DNA from: Vicugna vicugna
Lineage: Eukaryota
Direction of reading: 5' to 3'
Length of the DNA: 64,000 nucleotides
NCBI GenBank assembly: GCA_013265495.1
Contig: MU058687.1
Span: forward strand, 1,862,001 to 1,926,000
This document shows positions 52,107-64,000 of this stretch, one piece after another. The notes beneath the pieces are model-generated. The model had not been told where the DNA came from. It did no database searches and saw only the letters and a program-made list of their open reading frames with translations. Position numbers and translations under genes: made by a program. Each line of letters opens with the position of its first letter. The stretch's first letter is position 1.

Positions 52107-52740
52107 GAAATATGTATTTCAAAAGGCACCATCAAGAATACGAACAGAGCTCACAGAATAGAAGAAAATATTTGCAAATCATATATCTGGCAAGGGACCT
52201 GTATTCAGAGTATGTATGGATCTCTTAACAGCTCAACAAAAAAAGACAGATAACCCAATTTTTTAAATGAGCAATGGACTTGAATAGATATTTCTCCAAA
52301 GAAGATTTACTAATGGCCAATGAGCACATGAAAAGATGCACCATTAGTCATTAGGGAAATGCAAATCAAAACCACAGTGAGATACCACTTTACACTCAAT
52401 CAAAAGACAAGTAATAACAAGTGTTGGTAAGGATATGGAAAAATTGGAACTCTAGAGCATTGCTGGTGGGAATGTAAAATGCAGTCACTTTGGAAAGAGT
52501 TTGGCTATTTTTCAAACAGTTAAACATAGAGTTACCACATGACCCAGCAGTTCTCCTCCTAAGTATATATCCAGGAGAAATGAGAACATACGTCTATATA
52601 AAAGCTGTACATGAATGTTCATAGCAGCATTGCTCAGTAGCCAAAATGTAGAGACAACCTGTCTTATCAGATCATGAATTGATAATATGATATGTATATA
52701 CAATGGGACATTATTCAGCCAGAAAAAAGGATGAAGTACT

Positions 52741-52900
52741 GTGGGTGGAGGGACGGTATCACTCAGTGTGTATTTAGTATGTATGAGATCCTAAGTTCAA
52801 TCCCAGTACCTCCATTTTTGAAAATGTAATTAAATTATATTTTAAAATAAATAAATAAATAAATCTAACCAGCCCTTCTCCCCTTAAGAGAAAAAAACAA
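52741..52900 (+). mobile_element. Diverged Vic-1-like SINE nested in L1MB
   Basis: agttcaatcccagtacctccat...(AAAT)n. TSD-like aaaggatgaagtact / aagaatgaagtact. Confidence 0.8.
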
Positions 52901-54984
52901 AAAGAAGAATGAAGTACTCATACATGCTTGTAACATGGATGAACCTTGAAAATGTGATGCTAAGTGAGCAAGGACTATATATTGTAAGTTCTGTTTATGT
53001 GAAATGTCCAGAATAGGCAAGTCCACAGAGACAGAAAGTAGATTAGTGGTTCCCCTGGGCTAGGGTGAGGGGAGCAGAAATGAGGAGCGACTGCTCATAG
53101 CCATAGGGTTTCTTTTCAGAGTAATGAAAATATTCTAAAATTAGGTTGTGGTGATGGTTACACTAAAGACCACTGAGATACACACTTCAAATAGGCGAAT
53201 TGTATTAGCGTATGAAGTATATCTCAGACCTTTGTAATAGCTGATATCTAAAAAGTAGAAAATGAAACAAAAGGCATTCAATGTAAGCAGTCAAATTGTA
53301 TTTACGTCTTCAATAGCCAAATTCTTTAATAAATGCTTATTTAGTGGATACTTATAAATACACTAAATAAGGGCTTATTCCTGTTCATTAGTTCAGCAAA
53401 TATTTGTGCTAGGTGTCTGTCGGGTCCTAGGTGGAAAGATGCCTGGGCTCAGCTCTGCCTCCACTTTTGTGTGCTTCCAAGTAAGGTGGTATGCCTAGGG
53501 GACAGCAGCTGTCTCTGTGCCTGGCCTCACTTGCTTTGTCCCCCCGTTTGGAAAGGTGTCGGGTATTTCTGTTGCCTTAGTCAGCACAGAGCAAGGAGGA
53601 CCTTGACTATAGTTTCAGAGCCTTAAGCTTCACCTCATGCTCCAAATCCAAGACAGAGCAGCTGAGAATGGGGCTAGCCGTGCCACCAATTGCCTCTCCC
53701 CCGTTGTTAATCCCTTTAATTCTGCCTTCCACAAGCACCCCTCCCTTCACACTGCCCTGTTGCCCAATTGTGATGTGATTGAACAAGTGGTTTTGGCTTT
53801 GAAAGGTGATTCTTAGAGACACCTCGAGTGACCCACTGCCCTGGCTTTTCGGGGATGCTCTTGATGTTCGTTATCATCGGGCACCAGAGATCTTTTCTGG
53901 GCTAGTAACACTTCCAGTCAAGCCTGGTCTTAACTGGCGCTGACTCCCCCTGAGATCCCGGCCTAGCTGCCAGGGTCAAAAGAGGGAGCAGTATTTCAGT
54001 GCTAAGTGCAAACAGTGAGAAACCACCAGTCTCTTGGTTCTTACAGAAGAGTTTATACTCTGACACTTGAGTTATTAAATCACTTTAAAGCATGGCACAA
54101 CTGGCTTTGTGATGATTATATATATATTACAGGCTATATTTCTGCTTTGCTGTGTCATTCCCTGGTCAAAATGTTATAGTTTATTTAAAAATATATTCAT
54201 CTCTTTCACAAACCCTGGATTTTACGGTCAAAGGGGGGGGGGCAGGGAACGTGAATCACTTTTCAGTTCTATGTGTACACAGAGCCTTAGAATTAAACTA
54301 ATTCTAATTTCTCCCTTTCCCCAAACTGAAGAATTTCAGTGTCCTAAGATATTCATTACACTTACAAAAGAATGCGTCCTAATGACACGTGGATGGAGAA
54401 ATCTGGCTGGGTGTTGGGGGGAGGGCGGCAAAAGCTCACGTTGGGACTTACCCTGCCATTACTGTCAGGCATGCCTCTCTAACCACCACCCTGGAGCTCC
54501 TGGTGCTTGCAGAGCATGAGGAAAGCCTCATCTCCCCTCCTGGGCTCTCCCCTCATTGCTGTAGGAAGGGGAGTAGCAGGAAATGGAATCTGCCCCGGTC
54601 ATGGGATTTTTTGAAAGAAACAAAGCATGATCTGATGAAGAGCAGGTTAATCCTGCTATTTCATTTCCCTTTCAGAAAGGGTGGGGGCAGGATTGTGATA
54701 TGAAGTATTTGGTTTCACATCTGTTCCAGGAATTATCCTCGGCATAAATCCACTTTTCTTTTAAGCATCCTAAAGCATCCCAGGGAGCTCCTCCTCCCGG
54801 GCACCCTCCCCGCCCCCACAGTTTATTTCATGGCCACAGAGCAGCTGACAGACTCCCTGAGAGATCATCCTGTCACTGCTACAGAAAGAGGGCATCTCTG
54901 AGTCTTGGAAGTCAGAATTTCTGTGGGTCGATTTTGTGTTCTGCTGTCCACAAAGGGTTGAGGATTAAAAAGTCAGTCGCACAC

Positions 54985-55360
54985 CAGCAGTGTGGTATAA
55001 TGGAAAGTGAACCCAATTTAAAAATCAAAGGAACTGGCTCTTATCTCACCTTGGCTACTATTTGTGTGATCTTGGGCAAGTCACCAAACGTCTTCAGGCA
55101 CAAAGCCTTCATCTGTGAAATTAGCACAGTGTTTCCCAAAGTGTGTTCTGCACAATACAAGTCTTCACAGTCAAAAAGTTGGAAAGGTGCCATTTACTCT
55201 ATGGCATTTCTTAAAGAGACATAGTATATGTCTATTCAAAAGCTCTGAGAAATCTTTCAGTAATGAAACTTGTTTTTAACCCAGCATTTCTTAAATTTAT
55301 CTGACCTGCAACTTTTTTTCCTATGATGCTGATTAACATCTTGACACTTTGAGAAATGAA
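54985..55360 (+). mobile_element. MIR head followed by a MER103C-like hAT element (55127-55360)
   Basis: tgtgtgatcttgggcaagtcac; cagtgtttcccaaagtgtgttc...gctctgagaa...aacccagcatttc...cactttgagaaatg. Confidence 0.75.
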
Positions 55361-55821
55361 GTTCAACTCCAAAATGCTGCAGATCTATAATCTGTTAGAT
55401 ATTATGTTTGCCAGGCTCAATTTAACTTTTCAACTTTCAAATCTTATTCATGGGAAAATAAAAAATAATTTCATATGTAGAAAAGTGGCTTCTAGTTTTA
55501 AAAAGTGAATTTAAGGGCCAAAGCAATTATTCAAACTAACACAGGCTTGTAATTAGGAATTTCGAAAAAGTTTCCGGAACTTCTGTTTTCTGTTTCCACC
55601 TCTGAGATGTTTAGCATTCTCGTGTGGCTTTTGAGGGTGTGGTGGGAGTTTTCTATGAATAATTACGTTCAACACACGATTACATGAACGTAAGGAATAA
55701 CACATGATCCCCAACCTTAATTCAAAGAATAAACATACACACAAGGACAAGCAGAATTTCATTTTTCAGAGTAAGACAAAAGAATGATTATAAATTCATA
55801 TTTTGACAAATGATAATATAT

Positions 55822-56014
55822 ATGGATGGTCTTGTACCAGATGATTTGCCCAACTGTAGGCTAATATAAGTGTTCCAAGCACATTTAAGGCACCCTGGGC
55901 TGAGCTATGATGTTTGGTAGGTTAGGTGTATTAAATGCATGTTTGACTTAATCTATTCTCAACTTACAATGCATTTATTAGGATGTAACCCCGTTGTAGC
56001 TCTAGGAAGATCTG
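55822..56014 (-). mobile_element. MER47/Tigger5-like TcMar MITE
   Basis: gatgatttgcccaactgtaggctaat...gctatgatgtttggtaggttaggtgtattaaatgcat...gatctg, then TA. Confidence 0.8.
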
Positions 56015-56409
56015 TATTATTAATTAAATGTCTACTGAGAAGATACAGAGAAGAAGGAATTCAAGGCAGCAGTGTAAGTAAAACATGAAACACAAATTTA
56101 AGTAACAACTGGATCAGGGGTCAAATAATATATATGAGGGAAAAAATATGAAAATAGGATCAAGCAAGGACAGTACTTTCAGTACCTTGAGAAAGTAGTG
56201 ACTTCACCTGATGTAAATCTTGAGGCTAAATTTAAGTTCTGACGAAGGTCAGCCATAGCCAGACAATACTAACATTATTATAAAGCATGGATAATAATAA
56301 ATCTTGTAAGGAATAAATAAGGGTGGTTTGCTTAATCACTGCATTTGGAGAAATATCCACATCTTTAAAGTGTTAGTCTTTAATAATACTGAGGTTTTGG
56401 TGTGAGTGC

Positions 56410-57550
56410 TCCTCTTTCTCACCTCTCTGAAAGCTCCTTCTTGGTCACTTTTATAAAGCTCTTCGTCCTTTGCTTACCTTGTGAGTTTTCATTCTCTAGA
56501 ATCCTGCCTTTGGTCCTCTCTCTTTAGTTGTAGCTGACCTCCGTATTTGACAGTTCCAAACCTGTACCTCCCACCAGGGCTGTCATGTGTGACTTCCCAG
56601 ATTAGTTGTGCACTGTGCAAGTCTGGGGATATCATCTACATAAAACATGTGCAGAGCAGCCCTTCTCCAGCTCAAACTTCTCTCTGGATCTGTATAGCCC
56701 AGTTACCTCTAGATGTCTCTCCTGAATGTCTCACAGTTATTCAAACCCAACACATCCAAAACTGTACTCTCAGACACAAGCCCCTTACGGCCCCTCCCTA
56801 GGCACCTTCATTAAAGGGGAAGCCAGAAACCTAAGAGTCATTCTAGCTACTCCCCTCACCCCGCATAGTCAATTGGTTATCACTTATTATACGTTTCCCT
56901 TTAAATACCTTTCAGGTCTTATGTCCAATCTCATTCATTTCCTCTGCCTCAATTCAGGCACATAGCACTTTTTGTTTGAAATACTACAGTGTTTTCTATA
57001 CAGATCTCTTCGCCCTCAGCCTCATTCTCTTTTATCTTCCACACTACTCTTAGTGGTCTTTTAAAAACAATTATAATTATGATACTTCCCTACTACAAAG
57101 CTTTCAAAAGCTCCCTTTAAAGTGCAAAATCCTTACGTGGGTAACCAAAGCCCTTCATGGTCTGCTCCCTTCTTTACCCATATTTTCCACCATTCCCCTA
57201 ACATGTATCTTTAAATAAACTACTTGCTGCACTATCTCAAACTTCTGTGCTATTGCACAAGATGTTCCCTCTTTGTAGAAATCCTGTCTCCCCTTGGCTA
57301 ACTCAGGCCATGTTTCCATTCTCAGATCTTGTCATCTCTTCCAAAATCCTTCGCTGACCACAGTACCCACTTCCGTCTCTTACCATCAACTCCTACAAAA
57401 CCCTTTGCCTTCCTCTGTAATAGAACTTGCTAAAAGATTTTATTTTTATTTTACTTGTTAATCTCTCCCACTAGATTATAAACTAGAAAGATTAGGAATT
57501 ATATCATTCACCTCTACATCACCAGTGCTTTTCATAGTGCTGGGCATCAG
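56410..57550 (+). mobile_element. L2 3' region
   Basis: tcaaacccaacacatccaaaactg, agccagaaacctaagagtcattct, tctcccactagattataaact. Confidence 0.8.
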
Positions 57551-57659
57551 TTTCTATTGCTATTACAAGATTTAACATTCACTGGATAGATCTCTGGACA
57601 GTGTTAGATCCACTATGCAATGTTCACATCCTGTAAATTATGGATATTTTAATAACTTT

Positions 57660-57759
57660 TTTCTTTTTTTTTAATGGAGGTATTGGGGATTGAACCCCAG
57701 ACCTCGTACATGCTAAGCATGCATTCTACCACTGAGCTGTTATCCGCCCCCCCCTCACC
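57660..57759 (-). mobile_element. Vic-1-like camelid SINE (short form)
   Basis: ttttaatggaggtattggggattgaacccc...catgctaagcatgcattctaccactgagct. TSD-like ttaataactttt / ttaataactatt. Confidence 0.9.
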
Positions 57760-58239
57760 TTAATAACTATTTCTGTACTTCTGTCTGTCCCTTGGACATC
57801 TGAGAAGAAACAGAGAAACTCCATGCCATCTTTGTAATCAACTTTTTCCTGCTGTTCAAGGGCTATATTCCTTCATTCACCCAGAAACATATGTGGAGGG
57901 GAAATAGGCACATAGTAGAGTGTCTACCTTTAATAAGCTGAAGGTATTAAATCCACTAATTGTTGATTTTAGAAAGTTAAGGAAATTGAAATACACATCT
58001 TCCAGAATTGACTCAGTAGCAAACAGCTGGGGTATATGTGCCCATATCTTATGAATTGACCATTTTCAGAATGTGGCTCTTTGCTTATATCTCCTTTTCA
58101 TTTGTCCCAACATGGCCCCCAAAGGGGAAAAAAATGTAAAATAAAATGTCAGTTAACTGAAATTTTTATTGTTTTTTAAAAATGTTTTTACCCATAAATT
58201 CAAAGAAAGATGCAAATAGCAAAATCTATCTGATAACAT

Positions 58240-58500
58240 GGTACAGTAGGGAAAATTCCTGGGCTTAGATTCTATTACCATACCTGCCACTAAGTAACTG
58301 TGCAATCCTGAGCAAGTTAGTTAACTTCTCCAGGCTCAATTTGGTCATATGTAAAATGGAAATACATTCATGTAGAAATGTTTTTTGAATACTTGTTATG
58401 TGTCAGGTGCTTTACTTGGAACCAGAATTAAAATAGCTGCTATGCCTCCTCCTGGGGTTGCTGTGAAAACTAGATGAAGTATTGCCTGTGAAAATGTTTT
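58240..58500 (+). mobile_element. MIR with an internal L2-like fragment
   Basis: cctgccactaagtaactgtg...gcaagttagttaacttctc...tgtaaaatgg. Confidence 0.65.
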
Positions 58501-58724
58501 TGTTTTTGTTTTTGTTTTATTATCAAGTAACACCTAGAACAGTCTCAATCTTCAGTCATCATTTTTGGCAGAAAAGTACACTAATTTATTTGCAGCAAGG
58601 TTTGAAGCAAAGAAAAATTGAGCCTTAACCCCAGTTAACAAAGAAGTTCAAGTAGCCACAATATTCTTTGCCCAAGCATTCCAGCTAAGACAGGTTTTCC
58701 TTTGTTGGTACATGAGATTGTTTG

Positions 58725-59593
58725 TCGTATTAGTTATCTATTGCTACATAATAAATTTTACCCCCAAATTATGGCTTAAAACAACAAACATTTATTATCC
58801 CACAGTTTCGGTGAGTCAGGAGTCCCAGCTTAGCTGGGGAGTTCTGGGTTAAGGGCTCTCCTGAGGTTGTAGGCAAGGTGTCAGCTGGGAGCTGTGGTCT
58901 TACCTGAAGGCTCAACCGGGGGGTCTGCTTCCAAGCTCACTCACGTTTTATTGGCAGCCCTCTTTCCACTCAGTCCTCTCCAAAGGACTGCTGTATGACC
59001 ACAAGCTCACATGTTGGAGTTTTAACCCCCAGTCCCTCAGAATGTGACAGTATTTGGAGATAGGGCCTTTAAAGGGAGTGATTAGGTTAAAAGGAGGCTG
59101 TTAGGATGGGCCCTAATCCAATCTGACTGGTGTCCTTATCGGAAGAGGAAATTTGGACACACCAACATCAGAGATGCACTCAGGCAGAGGAAAGACCCTG
59201 TGAGGATACAAGAGGAAGAGGGCCATCTTCAAGCCAAGGAGAGAGGCCTCAGAAGGAACCAAACCCGCTGGCACTTTGATCTTGGGCTTCTAGCCTCCTG
59301 AACTATGAGAAAATTAATTTCTGTTGTTCAAACCAACCATTCTATGGCATTTTCTTATGGCAGCTGGCCTCGCCTGAACAAGCAATACCAGACAGAATGA
59401 GAGCGCACCCAAGGCAGAAGCCACAGTCTTTTTAGAACCTAACCTTGGACGTGACATCCCATAACTTTGCCATATTCTCTTGTTATGAAGTGAGTCAACA
59501 AGTCCAGTCCAGGCTCAGGGGAGGAGATTATGTAAGGGCCTGAGGACCAGGAGGCAGGAATCACAGGAGGCCATCTTCAAGGCTGCCTACCAC
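58725..59593. mobile_element. MLT1F-like LTR containing an oppositely oriented MLT1B-like LTR (about 59000-59363)
   Basis: Outer: tattagttatctattgct...ggcttaaaacaacaaacattt ... ggctgcctaccaca. Inner: gtatttggagatagggcctttaa...gggccctaatccaatctgactggtgtccttat...gagaggcctcagaagg. Confidence 0.85.
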
Positions 59594-61083
59594 AGTAGTT
59601 TTGTTTTGTTTTTGATAAAGTGAAAATAAAGAACTAAGAGATGGACAAATTGGCAGTTTTTATGGCAAGGTGGATTCAACTTCATCAAATACATGGGCAT
59701 GCTGACTGATACACTCCATAGACCATACTACCGTTCTGTGAAGCTAAGATTGTTCTGATCTGGAAAATACAAAATTTTGACATTGAAGTCAAGATTTTCT
59801 GGGAGGGAAAAAGAGCATTTTGTGGACTAGACTGAACAGAAATGGTGCAATGAATCCTTAAGCCTGGATCTAATGGGGTGATTCTCAACCAGGGGTACAT
59901 TCCAAGAAGGAAAAGAGGAGGGGAGGTATCATAAGTTTTTTAAAAAGCACAGTCAAACTATCATATAATTTTGTGTATGCAAAGTGATAAGAAATTTACA
60001 GCTTTCATAAAACAAGCTGCAGAAAGTAAAAGGAACAGTATCTTCTTGGCTGACGGGGCATGGGTCATAAACGGTGGAGAAACTGCTCTAATCATTCTTT
60101 TATTGTTAACAGACAAAAAGAGGAATATAAGATAGTTAGCTTAGAAATGGGCACGCAATGAACCTTGATCCCGAGAGAGATGATGCATTTTAGAAAGTCC
60201 AGTGACAAGTAATAAAAATGATTAGTGGGCTGTATGGATTAGTTTGGAAGATAAATATAAAGAAACAGACATATGCAGGAGCCTTTCGAGAACTGATAGG
60301 AAGATCTTTACAAGAGAAGGATGAATGATAGGTGAACTCAAGCTTTAGTTCAAAGGATCCAGAGGACATCTGCTTTGTGGTGATAGTGAGTTGACATCTG
60401 ATTCCTCAGTAAGTACACTGAGTTTCCAATAGCTTTAGCCTCTAAAATTAGTAACATTGTCAGCTTGATTGTCTGTTGTTTGTCTAACCATCAGACTCTA
60501 TGTAGCAAAGCTGTTATTCCCACACGAAGTCAAACTTCTCACCAACCTCTCGTCTGTATCTTAAATGATGCTAATATGAGGTTAAACTCTCCCTTTGCCT
60601 TACAGAGCACTCTGAGAGCTATCACTTGTCATAACATCTGCACATATTAAGCTCTAATAATGTGGCTCCTGTTTTGCTGGAACTCCCCCTTGGGTGGCCC
60701 TTTGTTTTAAGAGAGGAAGAAGCTGTTTCCTGTTATCTCCTGGTTGCACAGTAACAAGATGACAGACTGATTCTAGGGTCCGTTTCAGTTTTTCTTACAA
60801 AGCTGTGGAGCTAGAGTGAGACCATGGGAGGATCTCACAGGATGACCCACACTAAAGAGATATGTTGGAATTTGAATAATATTTCTGTGGGTTACCTAAT
60901 GAGTTCTCCTGGAGGAGATGCTTAAGTTGGTATGGAATCGTTTCTGAGATACATTGTTAAATGAAAGATTGTTGTTTTTTTTTTTGATTCCACTGTAGGT
61001 TATGCCCCTATTTGTATAAAAGGGGAAGAAAGGATATATATCATATATTTGTTTATGTATGCATAGACTCTTCTGAAAACGAT

Positions 61084-61153
<70 letters not shown>
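61084..61153. repeat. (AC)n microsatellite, about 35 units with one interruption, inside an L1ME remnant
   Basis: AC run with a single T at 61111. Confidence 0.95.
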
Positions 61154-61155
<2 letters not shown>

Positions 61156-61264
61156 CAGTAACAGAGTCTAGGGCAGAAGAGACATCTCTAACTCTAAACC
61201 CTTCTGTATTGTTTGAGTTTATTTTTAATTTGTACACCGATTACTTTTTAAAACCACAAGTAGA

Positions 61265-61417
61265 GAGGGTCGAAGTATAGCTCAATGGTAGAGTGCTTGC
61301 CTAGCATGCACAAGGTCTTGGATTCAATCCCCAGTATCTCCATTAAATAAATAAAAATAAATAAATAAACCTACTTACCTCACCCCCAAAACAAACAAAA
61401 ACAAACCCAAATCTAAT
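61265..61417 (+). mobile_element. Vic-1-like camelid SINE
   Basis: gtatagctcaatggtagagtgcttgcctagcatgcacaaggtcttggattcaatccccagtatctccatt, (AAAT)n, A-rich tail. Confidence 0.9.
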
Positions 61418-61984
61418 AAACACACACACACACACACACAAGTAGAAACAGTTTTTTAAAAAGAAAGACCTTGAAGAAATGAAATTTAATTACTATATAA
61501 AGCCTTCAGACTCATGCTCTATTTTTTGATATGGTAATTTGAGTTTTCCATTTCTCTCTCCTTTTGTCATCATAGTTTGAAAAATCATGACAGTAGTAAT
61601 TGCTATGTGTTGAGCACCTGCTGTATCCCAGGTGCTATAGTTTTTATGTGGGTTGGTTTTTTTTTTCCACTTAATCATCACAGCAATCATGAGGAACGTT
61701 TCTTCCTGCCTCACTTTTCAGCTGAGACTTGTATAGTCCTTCCTCTGATTCTCTTTAGAAAATAGAGAGGACACAGTTCTAAGATTAACTTTCTTCCAGA
61801 TGCCTGGCCAGCACTTTGCTCCAGCAAAGGTCAGGGTGGCCCTTCTGGGGGATGCACTGGGTCAGTTGTGCCCTTCGTTTTTCCTCCTCTACTTGTGTTC
61901 TCTTTCTCTGGGCTTATTATTTTATTATTGCCATAACTTCAGCTTTCAACTTCATTCTACTGAGTCTAATATCTGAGTCTCCAT

Positions 61985-62600
61985 TGGTAGTATCCAGAAT
62001 ATATTTGGTTGCAGTGACAAATCCCAACTTAGAGAGAGAGAGCTAAGAAAAGGAGGATTTATCGACTCACATTACTGGAAAGGATTAGTATGGACCCAAG
62101 AACTAAGGGTGGTCAGATCTTTGTTTCTCTCCATCCCTCTCTGTCTCATCTTCTTTCTCTCCAGCTTTCTCCATCTTCATTTCTCTTCACAGTTTCCTTA
62201 ACCTCGCTCTTTCTTCTCTTTACGTGGTTTCTTCCATGTAGCAAGATCAGATGGAGAAGTATAATTTGAGCAGCAGCTCCAGCCTTATTCTTTCCATTTT
62301 AATGACTGTAGAGTAAAGAGAACGCTTCTCTTTCTACATTAATATATATATAAATCCTAAGGAAGGGCAGTGATTGGCTTGGTTTGGATGACATGACCAC
62401 CTCTTTAGGCAATTGCTGTGGGCAAGGGGTTGGGGACTTTGGCCGAGTCTGGATCATCTGCCAACTTTTGTGATCAAAGGGTGTAGGACCAACATTTGTA
62501 GTCTGGCCATAATCACCTGATTGGAATAGAGGAGGTAGGAAGCAGTTTCCCAGAGGAAGTGAAGGGAGCTGATGGGAAGGGACAGATGCTAGGCAGACAG
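61985..62600. mobile_element. Old MaLR LTR (MLT1K/L-like)
   Basis: tttggttgcagtgacaaatcccaact...gatttatcgactcac...tgattggcttggtttggatgacatgaccac. Confidence 0.65.
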
Positions 62601-62731
62601 AAGCAATAGATTTCCCACTGCTTTCCACCCTTTTAAAATAGAGTACAGGAGACAAAGTATGCAGCAAATACTTCACATAATGCCTGGAGCAGAATAAGAG
62701 ATAAATCAATATATACTATTATTGACTATCT

Positions 62732-63545
62732 TCTTTTTAATTGTGGCAAAATACACATAACATAAAATTTACCATTTTATGTGTTGTTTACCAGAAATTG
62801 ACACATTGTAACTGGCTATACTTCATTAAAAATAAAATAAAAAGCCAACATGAAAGAAAAAAAATAACCATTTTAAGTGTTCAGTGAATTAAGTACATTC
62901 ACATCAGTGTACAATCATCACCACCATCCATCTCTCGAACTTTTATCTTGCACAATTAAAACTCTGTAGCCATTAAACACTAACTCCTGTTCCCTCCAGC
63001 CCCCACTCTGGCAGCACCACTCTGTTTTTCTGTCTCCATGAATTTGTCTACTCTAGATACCGCACATAAGTAGAATCATGCAGTATGTGTCATTTTGTTA
63101 CTGGCTTATTTAACTCAACATAGTGTCCTCAAGGATCATCCATGTTGTAGTATGTATCAGAATACCTTCCTTTTTTAAGGCTGAATAATATTCCATTGTA
63201 TGTGTATACAACATTTTGTTTATCTAGTCAGCCATCGATGGATAGATACTTGGGTTGCTCTCACCTTTCAGTGGTGTGAATAATGCTGCTGTGAACATAG
63301 GTGTACAAATATCTGTTCAAGACTCTGCTTTCAGTTCTTTTGGGTGCATACCCAGAAGTGGAATTGCTGAATTTTATGGCAATTCTGTTTTTAGTTTTTA
63401 GAGGAACTGCCATACTGTTTTCCATAGGGCTACACCATTTTATATTCCTACAACAATGCACAACGTTTCCATTTCTCCATATCCTCCTTAACACTTGTTA
63501 TTTTCTGTTTTTTTGATAGTAGCCTCCTAATTGGTGTAAGGTGGT
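62732..63545 (-). mobile_element. L1MB 3' end carrying a tiny + strand L1 tail insertion (62786-62866)
   Basis: aattgtggcaaaatacacataacataaaatttaccatt...cccagaagtggaattgctg. Inner TSD accattttatgtgtt / accattttaagtgtt. Confidence 0.92.
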
Positions 63546-63682
63546 TGTAAGCTCTGTTAAATTGAACCATGGTAACTGAGAATAATACAAGTGTCACTGA
63601 CGGAATTAGAGCACTCAGTGATGTGAATGAATGGGGCAGATAATACTGTTAGTGTTTTATTTTTATGAATTCATATTTAGAT

Positions 63683-64000
63683 TTTTTTCTTCAGGGTTTA
63701 TTGAGATATAACTAACATAGAGCCCTGTATAAGTTAAAGGTGTACAACATAATGATTTGACTTACCTATGAAATGATTATCACAATAACTTTAGGGAACA
63801 TTTATCATCTCATATAGATACAAAATTAAAGAAATAGAAAAAAATTTTTCTTGTAATGAGAACTCTCTTAACAACTTTCATTTGTAACATACAGCAGTCT
63901 TAACTATATCATGTTGTACATTATATCTCTAGTACTTATTTATCTTATAACTGGAAGTTTGTACCTTTTGACCACCTTCATCTAATGCCCCTGCCCCCAA
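63683..64000 (-). mobile_element. L1 3' UTR (L1MA-type), runs off the window
   Basis: tttattgagatataactaacat...aaggtgtacaacataatgattt...cttataactggaagtttgtaccttttgaccacc. Confidence 0.9.

Larger units (their letters stand above)
48755..53225 (+). mobile_element. L1MB-type host element (48755-49170 and 52107-53225) split by a younger L1
   Basis: ORF2 sequence stops at tgtgcttcaaaagg and resumes tgtatttcaaaaggcaccatcaag. 3' UTR gtgaaatgtccagaataggcaa...ttgtggtgatggtt. Confidence 0.92.

Noticed and set aside
60835..60865. cacag gatgacccacactaaagaga, loosely resembling the expected TTLL5 last exon (DPAHTKI)
   Set aside because: No pyrimidine tract, and it does not give DPAHTKI* in the required phase. 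The real last exon is probably beyond the window.

Overview
Mammalian genomic DNA, probably camelid: it carries several Vic-1-like tRNA-derived SINEs and cetartiodactyl-type L1 3' ends. The window lies inside the 3' part of a large + strand gene that I recognise from peptide sequence as TTLL5 (tubulin polyglutamylase/STAMP). Two phase-compatible coding exons are present: 15028-15242 ([11 protein letters not shown]...[10 protein letters not shown]) and 34369-34451 ([14 protein letters not shown]...PITSSA). A probable alternative last exon sits at 18964-19045 and appears to carry a 1-nt frameshift relative to the human isoform as I recall it. The upstream exons and the canonical last exon are outside the window. 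The rest is intron, dominated by L1, L2, MIR, MaLR/ERVL LTRs, MER DNA transposons, SINEs and microsatellites, with several nested insertions and one strong CTCF motif. I found no evidence of a novel multi-gene system, CRISPR array or RNA gene. Nearly all ORF-track entries are chance ORFs or decayed L1 ORF2. Repeat family names come from recalled consensus sequences, and repeat boundaries are approximate unless a target-site duplication (TSD) is quoted.
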